DNA of 64,000 nucleotides from Tubulanus polymorphus (taxonomy: Eukaryota > Animalia > Nemertea). Positions 30,601 through 42,400 of the stretch are shown piece after piece. The number at the start of each line of letters is the position of its first letter. Within the stretch, counting starts at the first letter, position 1. Both the position numbers and the translations under genes were made by a program. The stretch covers positions 434,001-498,000 of the forward strand of contig NC_134034.1 in NCBI RefSeq assembly GCF_964204645.1. The letters are read 5' to 3'. The notes under the pieces were generated by a model. The model ran no database searches, was not told the origin of the DNA, and saw only the letters and a program-made list of their open reading frames with translations.

Positions 30601-33600
30601 ACAAAAAGAATTGAAATAATCTATAAAATCACTGTGCGATAACGAATGTTGCTATGGTTAACGGTTTCGTGTGTTGTGTGTGTTGTATTTTTAGTCAGTT
30701 GAAGATTTGAATTCATCGAAGGAAAGCATTTCATCGAATGAGTTACAGAAAAATAACATGAATAACACAATGATGAGTTCAACGAGTGCAGCAGCTTTAA
30801 CCTTTACACTGAAGGCTAAAATAACTCAATCTGGTAAAATATCCCTCTACCCCTCCCCTGGCTGGCCCTCTCCCATACCCCCCTCCCTCGGGCCTGACCT
30901 TCTCCTCTACCCCCTCCCCTTGGCTGGCCTCCCTCACTATCTCCTATACCCCCCTCCCTGACTCTCTCTACTGACTTTTAACGTTAACACTGAAGACTAG
31001 AATCACTTAATTCAGTAATATTGCCTATATTCTCAGACCGCGATCACTGATCACTGATAGTCTCAGACCGCGATCACTGATCACTGATCACTGATATTCT
31101 CAGACCGCGATCACTGATCACTGATAGTCTCAGACGGCGATCACTGATCTCTGATAGTCTCAGACCGCGATCATTGATCACTGATATTCTCAGACCGCGA
31201 TCACTGATCACTGATAGTCTCAGACCACGATCACTGATCACTGATAGTCTCAGACTGCGATCACTGATCACTGATATTCTCAGACCGCGATCACTGATCA
31301 CTGATATTCTCAGACTGCGATCACTGATCTCTGATAGTCTCAGACCGCGATCACTGATCTCTGATATTCTCAGACCGCGATCACTGATCACTGATATTCT
31401 CAGACCGCGATCACTGATCTCTGATAGTCTCAGACCGCGATCACAGATCTCTGATAGTCTCAGACCGCGATCACTGATCACTGATATTCTCAGACCGCGA
31501 TCACTGATCTCTGATATTCTCAGACCGCGATCACTGATCTCTGATAGTCTCAGACCGCGATCACTGATCTCTGATATTCTCAGACCGCGATCACTGATCT
31601 CTGATAGTCTCAGACCGCGATCACTGATCTCTGATAGTCTCAGACCGCGATCACTGATCACTGATTTCCTCGTACTATTGTTGTAGGTATCGCTCATGAT
31701 GAATCTAGTCAGAGAAAAGAGTACGCGTTGTACGCAGTGAATGTGATGAGAATAAACTATGATGGAACAGAAGAGGAGTGGCCTGTTTATCGGCGATATA
31801 GCGATTTCCATGACCTTCATATGACTATCAAAAACCAGGTATGTAACACCACAGACCCTACTGGCTGAAACTTTACACTAAGATTCCACAGTTGACTCTG
31901 AACCCAGTTCCACAACTCTGAACCCAGTTCCACAATTGACTCTGAACCCAGTTCCACAACTCTGAACTCAGTTCCACAACTCTGAACCCAGTTCAGCAAC
32001 TCTGAACTCAGTTCCACAACTCTGAACCCAGTTCCACAACTCTGAACTCAGTTCCAAAACTCTGAACCCAGTTCAACAACTCTGAACTCAGTTCCACAAC
32101 TCTGAACCCAGTTCCACAGTTGACTCTGAACCCAGTTCCACAGTTGACTCTGAACTCAATTCCACAACTCTGAACCCAGTTCCACTACTCTAAACCCAGT
32201 TCCACAGTTAACTCAGAACTCAGTTCCACAGTTAACTCTGAACCCAGTTCCACAGTTAACTCTGAACCCAGTTCCACAGTTAACTCTGAACCCAGTTCCA
32301 CAGTTAACTCTGAATCCAGTTCCACAGTTGTGTTAGTTTAGAGTTAACAATTCATTGCGATTAGTTAATTTCCAATGTTTTAAATGTAAACTCTGTCAGT
32401 CATAGAAAACTAATTATTCTAAAAACTCCACGATCCGCCATGTTTGATTATGTTGTAGTTTGAAGATCTCGCTGGGCTGCATTTTCCCGGTAAAAAAGCT
32501 TTCAATAACATGAGTAAAGAATTCGTGGAGAAACGTCGCAAGGATTTAGATTTATATTTACAATCATTACTACAACCGAATACACTGCTTCAACATAAAG
32601 GTCTCACGGACGTTTTGTTGAATTTTTTCGAGCCCGGACAGTGGGAAAAATGTCGCGGCAATTTAGTCCAAAGGGTGAGTTTACGTGGTTTAATGAAATT
32701 GTCTACAGTAGACTCCGCTCAAGTCCAGGGGCCAGTCGCACGGTCATGACTCAAGTCCAAAAGTGGTCTTAAATCTTAAGACTGGTCTTATGCTGTTAGA
32801 TTGGCTATAGAACTAAGTGGTCTTAAACTGGTCTTAAGTCTAAGCCATGACTATGCAACTGGCTCCAGGGACCGGTTGCATAGTCATGGCTTAGACTTAA
32901 GACCTGGCTAAGACCGACTTAGTTCTATAGCCAATCTAACAACTTAAGACCAGTCTTAAGACTTAAGACCACTATTGGACTTAAGTCACGACTGTGCAAC
33001 TGGCCCCAGGTCTTGTGACTTGTTGAAAGTGATATAGATGACATGACTTATCTGATGACTTAGATGAAGACTTTAAGCGAGTGAGAATAAGTTTCTGTTT
33101 GTTTTACAGATGAATAGTTCAATAATGAACCCGTTTAAGAATTCTGTACGCAGTGTAAGCAATGCCGTCAAATCCGTCCCTGAGAATTTAGTAGATGGCG
33201 TTGTTAAAGTAGGTGGCGGTATCAGTCGTCTGCCCGGGAACGTCGTGGACGGCTTCGGAAAACTGTTTACATCAGGAAAAACGGTAAGTGGGTGGCTCCG
33301 TGTGAATAACTATTAGAGGGTGGCTCCCAGAGTATTCACATCAACCATCATAGGGTGGCTCCCAGAATGCTCAAATCATAACATCTGCAACCATCATAGG
33401 GTGGCTCCCACAATGTTCAAATCATAACATCGACCATCATAGGGTGGCTCCCAGAGTATTCAAATCAACCATCATAGGGTGGCTCCCAGAATGTTCAAAT
33501 CATAACATCTGCGACCATCAAAGGGTGGCTCCCAGAGTATTCAAATCAACCACCATAGGGTGGCTCCCAGAATGCTCAAATCATTGCGTCTGCAACCATC

Positions 33601-35947
33601 AGAGGGTGGCTCCCAGAATGTTCAAATCATTGTGTATTATTGTGTAGATGAATTCAACAATACCAAATGAGATGAAAGACTCCGCGTCTGATGTGATATG
33701 TGATAGCAGTAAAGTAGGAGCGAGTTTAGATGAAGACGATGATGACAATATTCCTCTACGTATCATGTTACTGATGATGGATGAAGTCTTTGATCTGCGT
33801 AATAAAAATCAATGGTTGCGCAGACGCATTGTGGCCATCTTACGTCAGATCATTAAAGCTACGTTCGGGGATCGGATTAACAGGTACGTGCTGCCCCCTA
33901 CTGAACCATGATTGTCAGGAACAGTCTCTGAAAATGGTTGACTGTCCCCTGATTGTCAGGAACAGTCTCTGAAAATGGTTTACTGTCCCCTGATTGTCGG
34001 GAACATTCTCTGAAAATGGTTTGCTGTCCCCTGATTGTCAGGAACAGTCTCTGAAAATGGTTTACTGTCCTCTGATTGTTAGGAACAGTCTCTGAAAATG
34101 GTTTACTGTCCCCTGATTGTCAGGAACAGTGTGTGGGTTTACTGTCCCCTGATTGTCGGGAACAGTCTCTGAAAATGGTTTACTGTCCCCTGATTGTCAG
34201 GAACAGTCTCTGAAAATGGTTGACTGTCCCCTGGTTGTCGGGAACAGTCTCTGAAAATGGTTTACTGTCCCCTGATTGTCAGGAACAGTCTCTGAAAATC
34301 GTTTAATGTCCCCTGATTGTCAGGAACAGTCTCTGAAAATGGTTTACTGTCCTCTGATTGTCAGGAACAGTCTCTGAAAATGGTTTGCTGTCCCCTGATT
34401 GTCAGGAACAGTCTCTGAAAATGGTTGACTGTCCCCTGGTTGTCGGGAACAGTCTCTGAAAATGGTTTACTGTCCCCTGATTGTCAGGAACAGTGTGTGG
34501 GTTAACTGTCCCCTGATTGTCGGGAACAGTCTCTGAAAATGGTTTACTGTCCCCTGATTGTCAGGAACAGTCTCTGAAAATGGTTGACTGTCCCCTGGTT
34601 GTCGGGAACAGTCTCTGAAAATGGTTTACTGTCCTCTGATTGTCAGGAACAGTCTCTGAAAATGGTTTACTGTCCTCTGATTGTCAGGAACAGTCTCTGA
34701 AAATGGTTTACTGTCCTCTGATTGTCAGGAACAGTCTCTGAAAATGGTTTGCTGTCCCCTGATTGTCAGGAACAGTCTCTGAAAATGGTTTACTGTCCCC
34801 TGATTGTCAGGAACAGTCTCTGAAAATGGTTTACTGTCCTCTGATTGTCAGGAACAGTCTCTGAAAATGGTTTACTGTCCCCTGATTGTCGGGAACAGTC
34901 TCTGAAAATGGTTTACTGTCCTCTGATTGTTAGGAACAGTCTCTGAAAATGGTTTACTGTCCCCTGATTGTCAGGAACAGTCTCTGAAAATGGTTTACTG
35001 TCCCCTGGTTGTCGGGAAGAGTCTCTGAAAACGGTTTACTGTCCTCTGATTGTCAGGAACAGTCTCTGAAAATGTTTTACTGTCCTCTGATTGTCAGGAA
35101 CAATCTCTGAAATCTTTTCTGTATGAAATTGTAGGAAAATTGTCGATCAGGTCGAGTGGTTGACGTCTGCCGAACAGATGGCTGAATACGTGAAATCATT
35201 CAGGGATAACATGTGGCCTTGTGGAATATTAACAGACGTTAAACCGACCAGAGATTTAAATACGTGTATGAGGACGCGGGTAGCTTGTAAAACGAGGATG
35301 TTAGCCACGCTATCAGGTGAGTCCTCTCTTCCCTCTCTCTCTTCCCTCGCCCTCTTCCCTCGCCCTCTCTCTCTCTTCCCTCGCCCTCTCTCTTCCCTAG
35401 CCCTCCCTACCCTTGCTGTCTGATGAGCTGGCCCTCTCTCCTCTCCCTCCTCTCTACTCTCTCAGCCACACTATGAGGTGAGCTCTCTCTTCCCCCTCCC
35501 TCTCTTCCCTCGTCCCTCTCTCTTTACTCTCCCTCTCCCCTTGTTGTCTGATGAGCTGCTGAGCCCTGTCTCAATACTTCTCCTCTCTCTCTTTCCTCTT
35601 TAACCTAATTTGAAATCAATCTCTCTCCTCTCTCTCCCCCCTCCCTCTCTCTTTCTCCTTGTCTCTCACTCTCATCTCTCTTTCTTCATCTCAGTATTAT
35701 CTCGTGTACAGTAAGTGTTGATATATTTACAGATGAGATAAAGACACTGATGGGAACCGATACGACGAGACTCGGAGTTCATCGAGTATTTAACATGTTT
35801 CAACACGAATGCCTCAATCGACGTTTGGTTTACGTTTTTCTCGAGGGATTCCTCGAAACTTTATTCCCAGATAACAAATTCCGTGATGTTTTCCGTAAAA
35901 TACATTCTCAATCAGGTCGTGTGAAACCGGACGCCGGGATTTCCTGA
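24637..35947 (+). CDS. SNX13: Sorting nexin-13 (N-terminal TM, PXA, RGS, PX, PXC domains), ~980 aa, 22 coding exons
   Basis: Exons 24637-24764, 25023-25122, 25305-25394, 25712-25949, 26020-26127, 26213-26301, 26436-26519, 26638-26779, 27375-27478, 28412-28508, 29076-29131, 29235-29369, 29823-29927, 30151-30271, 30506-30537, 30695-30833, 31687-31838, 32459-32674, 33110-33283, 33648-33883, 35135-35316, 35733-35947 (2943 nt). SNX13-type motifs DKRLTGANMIDEVLQ, YRRYSDFHDLH, DNIPLRIMLLMMDEVFDL..NQWLRR, LNRRLVYVFLEGFLETLFP. Confidence 0.93.
27174..27282. mobile_element. MITE with CAG target-site duplication
   Basis: cag|ggcctggtttcattgaccggt...accagtctataaaactgggcc|cag, with an internal taactttaacc / ggttaaaga inversion. 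Confidence 0.7.
28657..28817. mobile_element. PIF/Harbinger-like MITE, ~21-bp TIR, TAG target-site duplication
   Basis: tag|gggatcattcatttattacgt...acgtaataaatgaatgacccc|tag. Confidence 0.8.
31025..31665 (+). repeat. 30-bp minisatellite (~21 copies) in SNX13 intron 16
   Basis: Unit ctcagaccgcgatcactgatc(a/t)ctgata(g/t)t. Confidence 0.97.
31880..32330 (+). repeat. 20-23-bp minisatellite (ctgaacccagttccacaact), MITE-terminus-like, followed by a degenerate MITE
   Basis: Direct reading; the array runs into ...ccagttccacagttgtgttagtttagagttaac. Confidence 0.92.
32729..33006. mobile_element. Two ~137-bp MITE copies in inverted orientation forming a ~280-bp palindrome
   Basis: cag|gggccagtcgcac...gcaactggctc|cag|ggaccggttgcat...gcaactggccc|cag. 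Copy 1 is 32729-32865, copy 2 is 32869-33006. Family fragments also lie at ~8430-8630, 9700-9805, 26960-27100, 47195-47360, 56165-56355 and 58540-58730. Confidence 0.85.
33315..33630 (+). repeat. Intronic minisatellite (agggtggctcccagaatgttcaaatca...)
   Basis: About eight units fill SNX13 intron 19. Confidence 0.9.
33908..35112 (+). repeat. 41-bp minisatellite (~29 copies) filling SNX13 intron 20
   Basis: Unit ctgattgtcaggaacagtctctgaaaatggtttactgtccc. Confidence 0.97.
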
Positions 35948-36140
35948 AACTTGCTGAGCGTGGGGATTCCCTGAGCACGGGGATTCCCTGAGACTCACTG
36001 AGCACGGGGATTTCCAGAGACTGAGCGCGGGGATTCCCTGAGCGTGAGGATTCCCTGAGCACGGGGATTCCCTGAGACTCACTGAGCGCGGGGATTCCCT
36101 GAGACTCACTGAGAGTGGGGATTCCTTGAGACTCAGCCAT
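35935..36140 (+). repeat. 18/27-bp repeat starting at the SNX13 stop codon
   Basis: ggggattccctgag(actcactg)agcac units resembling the CDS end gggatttccTGAaacttgctgagcgt. Confidence 0.85.
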
Positions 36141-36765
36141 TGGTGAAAATGTAGATATCTTTAATCGGCCTGTGTCTTAAAAACTGATATTCACTTGTAG
36201 CAGAAACCATTGGGGGGAATGGGGGGTCGGTCGGGAGGATGGGGGGTCGGGGGATATCTCGGGAAAGGAAATTCTCAAAAACAACATTCATTCCGCGGTA
36301 ATTATTTTAATAAGAAAAATGAACCAACTGTAAAAACGACAACAATTGTAAAACATATTTTAGCTGATGTTTTTAATGTATAGTTTTATTGCATATCAAT
36401 CTGTAAATCGTTGAATTATGTGATTATTAATATTAATATTAATATTATTTGTGGCCAGTTTTGTAGGTGCTTTGAGAAATGTCCGCTGGGTTTGGTTTCA
36501 CTAAAAAAAGGTTAAATTCGAATTTTTGTCGTAATCGCTATTGGTTACTTCATTTTGTCGATGAGGACAACAATTCATACTTAAACTGTTTTAAGTTGAA
36601 AGGTTTTTGCGAAACGAGACCCTAAACGAGAGAAGCTCCGGTTTAGAATGTTTTAGCTTCTGTTTTATTGTATTTATACAAGATATTCAATAGTTTTCAA
36701 TACGTGATGAATTTCAACTCATTTCGGGATTGTCGATATTTATCTTTAATCGCGTTGGCGAAACT

Positions 36766-36981
36766 CAGGGTTTTTACAGATCAGGGGATTCCAGATTCAT
36801 TTTTCCCTGTTGGTAAAACTGGGGAAATCTGACTTTTCTTGAAACTCTAAGAAAAGTCAAGGAACTTAAATTTTTGTTAAAAAAACCCCCCTGAAAATAT
36901 CTTATAATTCGAACAGGGAATTTTGGTCAAGAATCAGAAATATCGGGACATTTTAAGATTCTCTGATCTGTAAGAAGCCTG
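36766..36981. mobile_element. MITE with CAGG-starting TIRs
   Basis: cagggtttttacagatcag...ctgatctgtaagaagcctg. Related elements: 60696-60949 (cagggtggcgccact...agtggccatcctg) and ~53755-53990. Confidence 0.65.
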
Positions 36982-38089
36982 GTAATTCGTCTGGTTGGTT
37001 GCTATGGTTATTACTGTGATACGTGCGTCTGCCAGTTCGAAAACGATGATAACATATAAGAATCGTCGTCATAGCAACATTTATTTGATTTTAGATATTA
37101 TTCGGGTCGTTGATGTCGGTTGAATTCAAATATCGCGATGAATTTCGATTCAATTAATTTTTTTTTCTGAAAATCGATTTTAAAAGATCTTCGTTGATAT
37201 TGTTCGTCGGTGTTGTGCATGTAGAAACCTCGTCTAGAAGAGATATGTCCGCCTCCTTATAATCACCCTATGACATCATTTTATCGGTAACCAATTCGAT
37301 CAATCCACGTAGATGATATGATGATGTCATAGGTGGAATCACGGAGGCAGACATATTTTTCGGGCAGGGATTGTGTATGATTAAGTTTTTCAGAGTATTT
37401 TATTTTTGCATAATATATGAAATTGTGTAAGGATAGGGGGGAGTAGGGAGTAGGGGGGAGTGAGGCCGAGGGGGGGTTACATGCGTTAGTATGTATAACC
37501 AGCCAGTATGACCTACCAGATAGAAGCTTACACGAATTCATGACTTAAATTAATTCAATCATTTTGATTATGAAGTACTTATAATTAATAGGAAGCTTAC
37601 AGTGGCAAGTGAGTAATATTGTTCAGTTTCCACGAGTGATATTTGTATGATACGTGTATTTTATTCATTTCCTTCCATGACGTAGAAATTTTCTCACTGA
37701 ACGTGAATTAATTGTTCTTAAAATGGAAGCATTTTGAGTTTTGTTAATGTGGGGAGATATTCAACAGCAGTTTCAGGGGGGAGTGAGGGAGCTGTGTGTA
37801 CTAATGTATAAAACCATATGGATGGAAGGGAGGAAACACCGGGGGGGGGGGGGTGAAGATTAGAATAATGTGATAAATCGAAGACCTTTTAAAACTTATG
37901 ATTGTTTTTAGAATTCTGTTAGGTTAACTATAGCTTTAAACACAAATTGAGATTGTCTTGGCCTTAGTATTTGTTTATTGTAAGGTTTGTAATTTGTTTG
38001 GCTTTACGTGAATCTAATTAACCCTTTCCATGCGGCTACCTATCATTAGTGGCTATTTAAAATATATGTACTTAGAGAAACACAGAGTC

Positions 38090-38410
38090 ATCTATCAGGG
38101 GTCCTGTGGGGGTTACAATTCCAGAGTCAGGGGGTCCTGTGGGGGTTACAATTCCAGAGTCAGGGGGTCCTGTGGGGTTACAATTCCAGAGTCAGGGGGT
38201 CCTGTGGATTTACAATTCCAGAGAATCAGTTGGTTAACTTCAGTCCACGTGTCTGGAAACTAGGAACTACCTGCTGCCATGTTTTGTCATACGGTGCACC
38301 ATTAGGTAGTACAGTGTACGGTGTACCATAAGGTAGTACAGTGTACGGTGTACCATTAGGTAGTACAGTGTATGGTGTACCATTAGGTAGTACAGTGTAC
38401 GGTGTACCAG
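38090..38410 (+). repeat. Two short minisatellites (~31-bp and 27-bp units) between the SNX13 and GPR155 3' ends
   Basis: tcagggggtcctgtgggggttacaattccagag x4; ggtgtaccattaggtagtacagtgtac x4-5. Confidence 0.9.
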
Positions 38411-39430
38411 TTTTGAGAGTACCGGGTATAAATATATGTATGGGTATTTTGTGAGGGGGGGGGGAGGTAAACTGGCTGGAATTATTTGTTATAAGAAAAT
38501 ACATGTTTACTGCACACATACTGTAGTCAAAAATGTTACAAATAAAAAATTACTATTTCATGTAGGTTAGTCTCATTGTTTCCTTCGTGGTACCGATATA
38601 CACCAGCTGCACGATTTCTGGCCTTTTCGGACACCAGTGCCGTGGATAAAGCCTCTCAGGACACTGGCACCCCTCAGCTCAGGACACCATCAGCCCCCTG
38701 GACTTAAACCCATTGAAAAGAAGCATGAGGCACCACAGTCAATAGGGCGTTAAAAGGTTCCACAGCAGGTCAACGAGCTCTTCAACAGCAACCCTTCCTC
38801 GATATAAAACCCTAAACCGACGTTACAAACAGTCTCTGTTGTATTTACACAATTTATTCGGATTCTTATAAACAAATATCACAACAGCTCAAAAACGGTT
38901 CACAATATTACGTACAATACTTCTATATATATTTACATCTGAGTTATAAAGCTTTCGTTCGTTTTTCAGTTTGTGAGCGAATTTAAAACAAAAATATATT
39001 CTCACAAAAAATACTGTCTCTCTTAAACGATATCGACGGGTATTCAAAATAACAAATGATTTCATTCACGAGAATCTCGACTAGATTATCGATATCTAAT
39101 TCATATTTTGATTTTTCTGATTTGAATCAAATGCTTTGAAGTACAATCCGGGTTAAGTAAACAATAAAGGAGGTCACATAGAAATAGATAAAGCCTTTCT
39201 CGAGGACGTCAGATAGAAATAGCTTCCTTCACCTCGCCTCATAATTATCTGAAATAGAATTAGGAATCTGTCCGACTCGCTGCGAGGTCAGAGAAATAGC
39301 TTCCTCTTCTTTACAGAGAGGTTGCTGACAAAAACATACCTCCCTTTTTACTCCCGGGGAACGTAGAAAGAATTAAGCGGAGCCAACCTCGGTATAAATC
39401 ATGAGGGCAAGAACACAATCAGGGGTGAAA

Positions 39431-42400
39431 CTATACAGTATTACCGGAGAGTATTTGCTGACGACATCCACCGACCGTAACCGTGCGAGGACACTCAATA
39501 ATGTCGACCGTTTCGTTGTCGAGGTCGCCGTATTCGGCGAATCGGTAAAAATACGGTAAATCGTAAAATAAATGTTCGCGGGTGACGTGATGTAGAACAC
39601 GCGATAGAAGCAGACGTCGTCCGTACGCGATCGCTTCCATTCGTCCGGACGCCAGTCCAACACGCAGTAACCAGTCCACTAAATCAGTACCAGTGAAAAC
39701 ATTCCTATACAACCGAAATCTATACCTACAAAATATATATATATATATATATCAATTCATTCTAAACATTGTTCACACACAATGACATCACAGGACCTAG
39801 TCACAACACCTGGGTCCAGTTTCACAAAAAAGATTAAGGCCTAAATCGATTTTAGATGAACTGAATTAATGAAGAAAATAAATCGATTTAAGAGTTAAAC
39901 CTTTTTGTGAAACTGGGCCCAGGGCTCAGACCTTGGGCAACAACACCTGGGCTCAGACCTTGGGCAACAACACCTGGCCACAGGACTAAGTTCTTGGTTA
40001 AAATTTGGCTCTCACCGCGGAACTGGGTCCCAGAGCCAGTCCACTGTGGAACTGACTCGGGTCCCCAGTTCACTGTGAAACTGGGTCTTGGGTCCCCAGT
40101 CCACTGTGGAATTACTGGGTCCCAGAGTCAGTTCCACAGTTACTGGTATAGATTTGACCTTTGAGTTATAACATTGGGAATGAACTAATTCTCGTAGCAC
40201 ATCTCAAATATAACAGACACTCGTCAGAATCTGGAGTCACATTTTAGTTTTGGTTTTTCATGTACTGTAGTGTGTGTTTTAAGTGTATAAGTCGTTTGTT
40301 GAAGCAAAAAATAGAAATTGAACCAAACATAATAAATCTAGGAGCAACATAAGAATTTAGACACCTTGTTTGATATATGGAACCTGATATAATAATAAAG
40401 CAAGGATGAACCGCAGTGAACCGCTGTTAACCGCAGTGAACCGCAGTGAACCACAGTGAACCGCAGTGAACCGCATACCCCAAACATTTAAACCCTTTAC
40501 AAATCATCCATTTATTACACAGGCCCCCAATTACACCGTGGGTTTACTCTCAACCTAGTTCCACAGTTGTGTGGGTTTACTCTTGACCAAGTTCCACAGT
40601 TCAGATGTGGATTCGACCCCAAAGTTCCACAGTTCAATCGTGGATATTTCTCCACCCGACCTTGCACGTCTCTACGTACCGGTAATAAATGGATGATGCT
40701 TAAACCAGAAACATAGAGGAGTTTTTTTTAGTTGCGTTTAAAACATTTACCAAAATATCGTTTCTCAATTTTGTATCTCAGTCATCTCAATAACTGCAGT
40801 TTCCCTAGTTTAAAATATATTCATTGAGAATAACTCGATCTGAGCAGACGTTGTTACGGTATCGTCAACAGTCGCGTCGGTTGAATTTAAATTTTACCTT
40901 TTATCGGCGACGATTTCCGCTTGACAATTGCTCAGATGATATTTCTTAAACTGATCTCGCGTTTGCGTAATCTCCGAGTCCAAATCTTCTTCCTGCGGTA
41001 AATGTATCTCTTCGACTCCGTACCAGAACCTGCGCCACCTGGTGACGAATACGAGAATTATTAAAATTGTCTTTCCGTGCGTCTTACTTTCTAAATTCTC
41101 CCAAATAGTTATGTAATGAACATATAATAACATCAAGTTTTAAGATAATTCTGTAAATTCGACCACCGATCACCCAACTATATCTTAACTTCAAATCAAA
41201 TGACCTGTTTCACTCCTGGCAGGTGCGGTGCTTCCAACCAAACTAAGTAACAGGTTCAATTATTATTTCAAGATAATATCTAAAGAAACTCCTATTCCCC
41301 TGCCAACACTTAGTGACCTTGACAATGAAGAAGGGAACTCACCGTTTAACGAATGGAAGAATAATTAAATCGGTGTCCAGACCAAACGTCACAAATACAA
41401 AACAACTCTACAATAAACACATGTGAAATATAGCATCCAATCAAATTATAATTGAGCTATCTTAATCACAGGTCATTAATTACTGATTGTTAATTACCTG
41501 CCCAAAATTAAAAGCGGCATCTAGAAATTCTAATTCTACATAAACTCCACCCATCACTTCATTAGACATTCTCCATATACACAACACTATACCCTGTAAA
41601 ACATATATACAATGATGTCATAGGGGGATCTATGGAGGCAGACATCTTTTCTAGAAGTGTCTATAGATCAAATCACTAGTTGGTATAATTTGATGATATC
41701 ATAGGGGGATCTATAGAGGCAGACATCTTTTCTGGAAGTGTCTATAGATCAAATCACTTAGTAGACAATTTGATGATGTCATAGGGGGATTTAGGGAGGC
41801 AGAGATCTTTTCTAGTAGTGTCTATAGATCAAATCACTAGTTGGTAATTTGATGATGTCATAGGGGGATTTAGGGAGGCAGAAATCTTTTCTAGTAGTGT
41901 CTATAGATCAAATCACTAGTTTGAAATTTGATGATGTCATAGGAGGATTTATGGAGGCAGAGAGAACACTTACTATAAACATGGACAGTATAAGCAGTAG
42001 TATAAGTACTAAATGTCTGGTGAGTTGATATTCAGAGATTCGTTGTGTGACTAACTCATCTCCCAGAATTCCACCAACAGACGTCTGCAGGTTATATCGC
42101 CTCAATCTCATTATACACAGACGTCGCTGTTCCTGCGAACAGTTCGTTTCTAATAAACACGTCTGCTCCTCGAGCGTCTGCCCGTTTACACTAACGACGC
42201 CGAATTCAGAACTACACGACGAACATTCGCTACTGCTGCCACCTGGTGTTAGTTTACACTCCACGCTGGTAGACGACGACGGCGGTATTGTTGCGGATGT
42301 CGCCGTGGACGCGGCAGCTCCGTACGTTTGTCGTTTGACGCCGCGGGATTTCGGAAGTGTCGTATCAGGAACTAAATCTTCGATACTTTTTACTGAAATA

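Noticed and set aside
31074-31820. 248-aa and 170-aa ORFs on opposite strands
   Set aside because: They are translations of a 30-bp intronic minisatellite lacking stops in those frames; the real exon is SNX13 31687-31838.
24637-35947. Assignment as SNX14, SNX19 or SNX25
   Set aside because: DKRLTGANMID, DNIPLRIMLL and VYVFLEGFLETLFP match SNX13 as I remember it.
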